From assembly GCA_951406725.2 (NCBI GenBank), contig OX597834.1, forward strand, positions 40,424,001 through 40,488,000: a stretch of 64,000 nucleotides of DNA, in the 5' to 3' direction. Below are positions 58,335 to 64,000 of this stretch, one piece after another; position 1 is the stretch's first letter, and each line of letters starts with the position of its first letter. Source of the stretch: Octopus vulgaris. Taxonomy: Eukaryota. The notes under the pieces were generated by a model. That model worked only from the letters and a program-made list of their open reading frames with translations, made no database searches and was not told where the DNA came from. The translations under genes were made by a program, and so were the position numbers.

Positions 58335-58405
58335 ATATTTCGGAATGGTCATATTGCCTAGTTTAGCCAATAAAATAAAAAATCTTGCACAACAAATATT
58401 TAAAC

Positions 58406-58456
<51 letters not shown>

Positions 58457-58460
58457 TATA

Positions 58461-58626
58461 TACGACGGGCTTCTTTCAGTTCCCGTCTACCAGATCCACT
58501 CACAAGGCTTTGGCCGGCCTGAGGCTATAGTAGAAGACACTTGCCCAAGGTGCCGCGCAGTGGGAATGAACCCGGAACCATGTGGTTGGTAAGCAAGCTA
58601 CTTACCACACAGCCACTCCTGCGCCT
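58461..58626 (-). mobile_element. SINE family 1, 5' half
   Basis: High identity to 4715-4880. Confidence 0.9.
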
Positions 58627-59244
58627 ATAAAAAAATAAAATATTTTGTGTTGCAGAAAGAAACATCGCCAATTTATTGCACATACATTTTAACAGTAAAA
58701 ATTCATGTCGACCAAAAGGGTCATACAGACCTCAAAGCATCGTATGGACCCCAGTTTAGAACCGCTGACCAATAGCTTTCCCCCCATGGCCCTCTCTCCA
58801 TAACCCGCACCCCCAAACTTTTCCACCTCTCCTATCTCCCTAAAACGGTCAAATTGATGCTGTTGATGTAATATCCACCAGAAATCATTAATTAATAGTT
58901 CGAATACTTATGAGTTAATGAAATAATAAGCCTCACTGCAAATTACCAGCCAATTAACGCTTTGTATTCAGTGGTTCATTTTTTATTATTTTAAGCCAAT
59001 TTTGTAAAGTGCCTGGAAGTAAGCCTTGTTGTAATGGATGGTTCTAATAAAAGTATTCCCTTATGTAACGGATGGAACTGCGTAAAAGAGACCTCAGCAA
59101 TAGTTCTTTGTTCGTTGAACAATGGACGAACTGTTTGTTTGTTTTTTTTTCATAGAAATTAGTCGAAGTGTTTGCGTAAATATGTATCTGTATGAATGTG
59201 TGTATGTGTATGTTAATGTGTGAGTGTTTGCGTGCGTGTGTGTG

Positions 59245-59328
<84 letters not shown>

Positions 59329-59464
59329 TGTTATTACTAAAATTTCGGTGGGAATTTATCAAAAGCTTTAATTTAGAACGCTGCTAATTTAACCAACAAC
59401 AAGGAATATGAAAGACGGATTCTATGGCTTGACAAAGTAGCATTTGAAAAGAATCTTTATGCAC

Positions 59465-59575
59465 AGGCATGGCTACGTGGTTAAGAAGCAGGCTTTCGAA
59501 ACCGAGTGAATTCAGGTTCAGCCCTACTGCACGGCACTGTGAATGAACGAGGGTCTTCCATTATACTCCCTGGCG
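59465..59575 (+). mobile_element. Old SINE family 1-like head
   Basis: AGGCATGGCTACGTGGTTAAGAAGC...GGTTCAGCCCTACTGCACGGCAC. Confidence 0.55.
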
Positions 59576-59687
59576 AATCTTTGACGCAGGCACAAAAGAA
59601 AAACCCACCTGATGTTTAAAACCACAAATATTACGTAAATTTTTTATTGGGATCTATTGCGTGAAATGGCATCGAAAACAGAGCTGG

Positions 59688-59773
<86 letters not shown>

Positions 59774-60170
59774 ATATATAAAAGAAAGGTGTATAAATAT
59801 AAAAAAACGTCCTTAATGTGTCATTCTACAAAACATAGAATAGGTCGTAGAATGCAAGAGAAAGTGATAAGGAGTGGTGTATAGAGTCATAAATGAGAGA
59901 GAAATAGTGTCATGGAATTTTCTTCAACAGTAAGAACATTCTAATACCATAACAAATTGTTTCGTAGCTTAAAAGCATGTAAATAATTTATTTATTATTA
60001 AATATAATAATATGAATTGTTTACATGTTTTTAAGATACGAAACAGTTTGTCGCGATGTAAGAATTTTCTTCCTGTTAAATAAAATTTCATTAAACTATG
60101 ATTCGTACAAGCGACGGTTGGCTGACAAACAACACACACACACACATACACACATATATATACATAGATA

Positions 60171-60327
60171 TACGACGGGCTTATTTCAGTTTCCGTCTGC
60201 CAAATCCACTCACAAGGCTTTTGTCGGCCCGAGGCTATAGTAGAAGACACTTGTCCAAGGTGCCACGCAGCGGCACTGAACCCGGAACTATGTGGTTGGA
60301 GAGCGAGGTACTTACCACACAGCACCT
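60171..60327 (-). mobile_element. SINE family 1, 5' half
   Basis: Matches 4725-4880. Confidence 0.85.
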
Positions 60328-60333
60328 CGTGTG

Positions 60334-60452
<119 letters not shown>

Positions 60453-60752
60453 GAGAGATATACATGTTTCAATAGTTCTTTTCTTTGCTTTCTTCTCTGC
60501 CTTATCTTCGTCTCCTCTCTGCAACAACAACAACGCCATAACTGTATCCAGCTCACGCTCTGTCTTTCTCTCCCTCTGCCCCCCCCTCTCTCTCTTTCTC
60601 TCTCGCTCTAAATGTAAAAACACATTTTTGTTTTACCGTTTCTAACCAACAAATTTAGACCTCGTTCTAAATACAGTCATACTTTTCATAAAAGGAGGCG
60701 CCATGTTACCTTTTCATCGGATTTGGTTTATATACACGTATAGATGTATGTT

Positions 60753-60822
<70 letters not shown>

Positions 60823-60858
60823 TGTGTGTGTATGTGTGTATGTATGTATGTGTGTATG

Positions 60859-60935
<77 letters not shown>

Positions 60936-61012
60936 TATATATAATATATATATATTCTTTTATTCGTTTATGTGTTTCAGTCAGGTAGGTGTGGTCATGC
61001 TGAAGCACCACC

Positions 61013-61044
<32 letters not shown>

Positions 61045-61106
61045 ATATATATATATGTGTGTGTGTATGTATATATATATATATATAATATATATATGGA
61101 TGTATG

Positions 61107-61205
<99 letters not shown>

Positions 61206-61799
61206 ATGTATGTATGTATGTATGTATATACATTGTTTCTTTTTATCGATTTTGTTCGCTTGTTCGCCCTAGGCATTTTGGCCTGGTTGAAGTCATGTGT
61301 CGAGTCTTTCCTTTTTTCTCTCCTTTCTTTTATTTCTTGTTTTTTTTCTTTTTCTTTTTTTCTTCCTTATCACGACATCTAATTCTAAACAGACTTCACA
61401 TGTCGTGGCTTTATTTCGGTGTTGCCGTACTTGACCAAAGCAATTTATTTCTAACATTCTATTTTCATTTGAGCAACGTCGTCTTGTCGTCGCCATCTTG
61501 ATGACTCTTCGCTTTGTCTCTCTCCCTCCCTCATTTTCTCTCTCTCTCTCGCCCTCTACCTCTCATTCTTTCTTTCTGTGTCCTTCTCTCTCCCCCTCTC
61601 TCTGTTAACTTCCTTTTTATTCTTTCTACGCTTTTATCTTAGAAAATTCTACGAATACATATACTCACTCACATACTCATACTTACATATACTCTCAGAG
61701 ACAGAGACACCTATCTTTCTGTCTGTCAGTCTGTCTGTCTGTCTCTCTATTTATCTATCTTTCACTCCCTCTATATATCTCTATATATTTTACATACAT

Positions 61800-61843
<44 letters not shown>

Positions 61844-61890
61844 GTATGTATACATTCATATAAATGTATATTTGTATATATGTATACATG

Positions 61891-61933
<43 letters not shown>

Positions 61934-61999
61934 ATTCTACATACATACATACATACATGCATACATACATACATCTCTCTATCTCCCCCATTCCACACA

Positions 62000-63450
62000 A
62001 AGTATGTTACTAGTACCTAGGCATAGGCGAAAATGTATCATATGAAGGCACTGTGCATAAAGATAGAGCGACCCGAGAGTATTACACTAGACTTAGGAAA
62101 ATATGGCAGTCGGAACTCTCCTCTTACAACAAAACAATATCCCACAATGCATTTGCTGTACCAGTGCTGATCCCAACATTTGGGATACCTGATTGATCTG
62201 TAGAGAAAATCTACTCCATAATATATCAAAGCCCGCAAAATCCTGACAACAACTGGGAACTTCCGCAGAAACAGTGATGTTGACAGGGTCTACCTAAGAA
62301 GAAATGAAAGTGGTAGAGGCCTGAGATCAGTGCAGACGGCCTTCGAATGCCGTATGGTATCACTCAGGCAGCTTTTGCTAAACAACAACAGCAAAAATAA
62401 ATATATCAGTGCAGTCCTGTACGGAGTTGGCAGTGCACTCCTCAAGAAACACTCTCTTCCTGGTAGTCTACTATACATCCCCCAAACAGCTGGGCTCTCT
62501 TAACTCAGAGAAGACACGAATGGAAAGCACTCAGCATACAAAAAATAAAAAGACCATGCATAGGTATGTTGCCCGGAAGCTTGAAGAAGACAGTAGAGTT
62601 GACACGAAGCGCAGCCTCTCTTGGATACAAAACCACTACATCACATCACACTTTGAGGGCTATGCCTTTGCAATCCAAGAACAGGAGATTACCACCAAGT
62701 ACTTGGCGAACAAGAGAGACAGTGACGCTCTTGTAATCCCAAGGTGCAACCGCATGTGAAGGCTATGTCATGTTTCTGTGGAAGACATCATGCATGTGAT
62801 TAGCAGCTGTCCTAAAATGTCGTCACGGTACTACCTCCCTATGCGGCACGATGTTGTTGCTAAAACAATTTACAATGCCATCCGCAAAAAGACTGTCCTG
62901 AAATAAACTTTTAAAATCTCTCTGTTACGGAATACTTTCATAAACACCAACTCAAGGAAAACTGGTGGAATATTCCCATCAAAACTTCCGTCAAATGTAA
63001 ACATAACAAGCTGGATATTGTTGTTTGGGACAGAGGGGCAAAGGTATGTGCCACCATAGAGGTCAGCTGCCCTGCAGATATAAATATCTCTTTGAAAATC
63101 AAAGAAAAAGAGGATATCTAGGGACAACTGCTTCGAAACCTACAGCTTCCATATCCAGTCAATGAATTCATATTCTTACCGATAATAATTGGAGCACTAG
63201 GTTTTGTTAGTAAATGCTTAAAGGAGAATCTGGATAAACTGGGATTTTCAGAAAGAGAAATCGACCGGCTCATTCGTACATTACAAGTTCAATCTGTGAG
63301 TGGAACAGTAAAAATATGCAAGACTTTTCTCAAATTCCAAATGCGAATTTGTCTGTGTTAACTACATCCCAAAGATGGAGCCTTGTATCTTTGTAAGAAA
63401 CCAGTTCCCTCCTCAGTGGAAGGTTTATAGCTATTAAAAAATAGAAGAAA
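62000..63450 (+). pseudogene. 5'-truncated R4-like non-LTR retrotransposon (RT thumb, zinc knuckle, restriction-like endonuclease)
   Basis: Manual translation: EYYTRLRKIWQSELSSYNK, DVDRVYL, AIQEQEITTKY, RLCHVSVEDIMHVISSC, RHDVVAK, HNKLDIVVWD, IEVSCPAD, PIIIGALG; followed by (CATA)n. Confidence 0.88.
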
Positions 63451-64000
63451 CACATACATACATACATACATAAGGATTTAAAGGATGACGGTTAAATCAC
63501 GATACCTTCCTTCGCTACCTTGCTACTGGACAATGGAATCGTCCACACACGAACGGACGGAATGGGTGCTACTTGAACAGATTTGAACTTATGTCTACAC
63601 GAACAGAAGTAACCTGGTTTTAAACAACAGTAACAGCAGCAACAATAACAACAACAGATTCAGATAAATCAATACCGTGAAAGTACATACACTGGAACCG
63701 AGAATGGAAACCAAAACTCTTTTAGCGTATTTAAATGAGCGTTTTATGACGTAAGACATGTCCGCCTTTATTGGTTCTAATGTAATATCGTTATGTATGG
63801 TTTTTATAGGAAGCAGAAGGTCAATTTGGAATAATATCGCAAGGAGCGCGGGCAATGGACATTTAAAACAAAGGAGAATTTTTTAAAACTCTTTCTCTTC
63901 CATCTTCATCATCTTCTTCTACACTTTTTCTCCCTCAGACATTGATTCTCATACCTGGTGATGATGGAGGCTGCGGAGGCACGGTGTAAGCAATGATAAG

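Overview
AT-rich, microsatellite-saturated eukaryotic DNA. The repeat landscape (TA/CA/TAGA/TACA/TAA/CAT tracts plus tRNA-derived SINEs) looks like an octopus/coleoid genome; this is an inference from repeat content only. No intact protein-coding gene is visible, and nearly all supplied ORFs are translations of simple repeats. Recognisable content: three SINE families (many copies, some inserted as TSD-bounded dimers), decayed R4/Dong-type non-LTR elements, a deleted Ty3/Gypsy fragment, Tc1/mariner and pogo/Tigger remnants, and a hAT-type MITE. The most notable signal is a set of short islands, mostly embedded in (TA)n and resembling Penelope-like pseudo-LTR remnants, that carry hammerhead ribozyme motifs. 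These include core variants (C4, U3-A8, A3), a 249-bp palindrome with a hammerhead on both strands, and at 18808-18870 (minus) a complete hammerhead core whose three strands lie in a reversed order matching none of types I/II/III. A few weak minus-strand exon candidates suggest the window may be intronic. All RNA structures were paired by eye and are untested.
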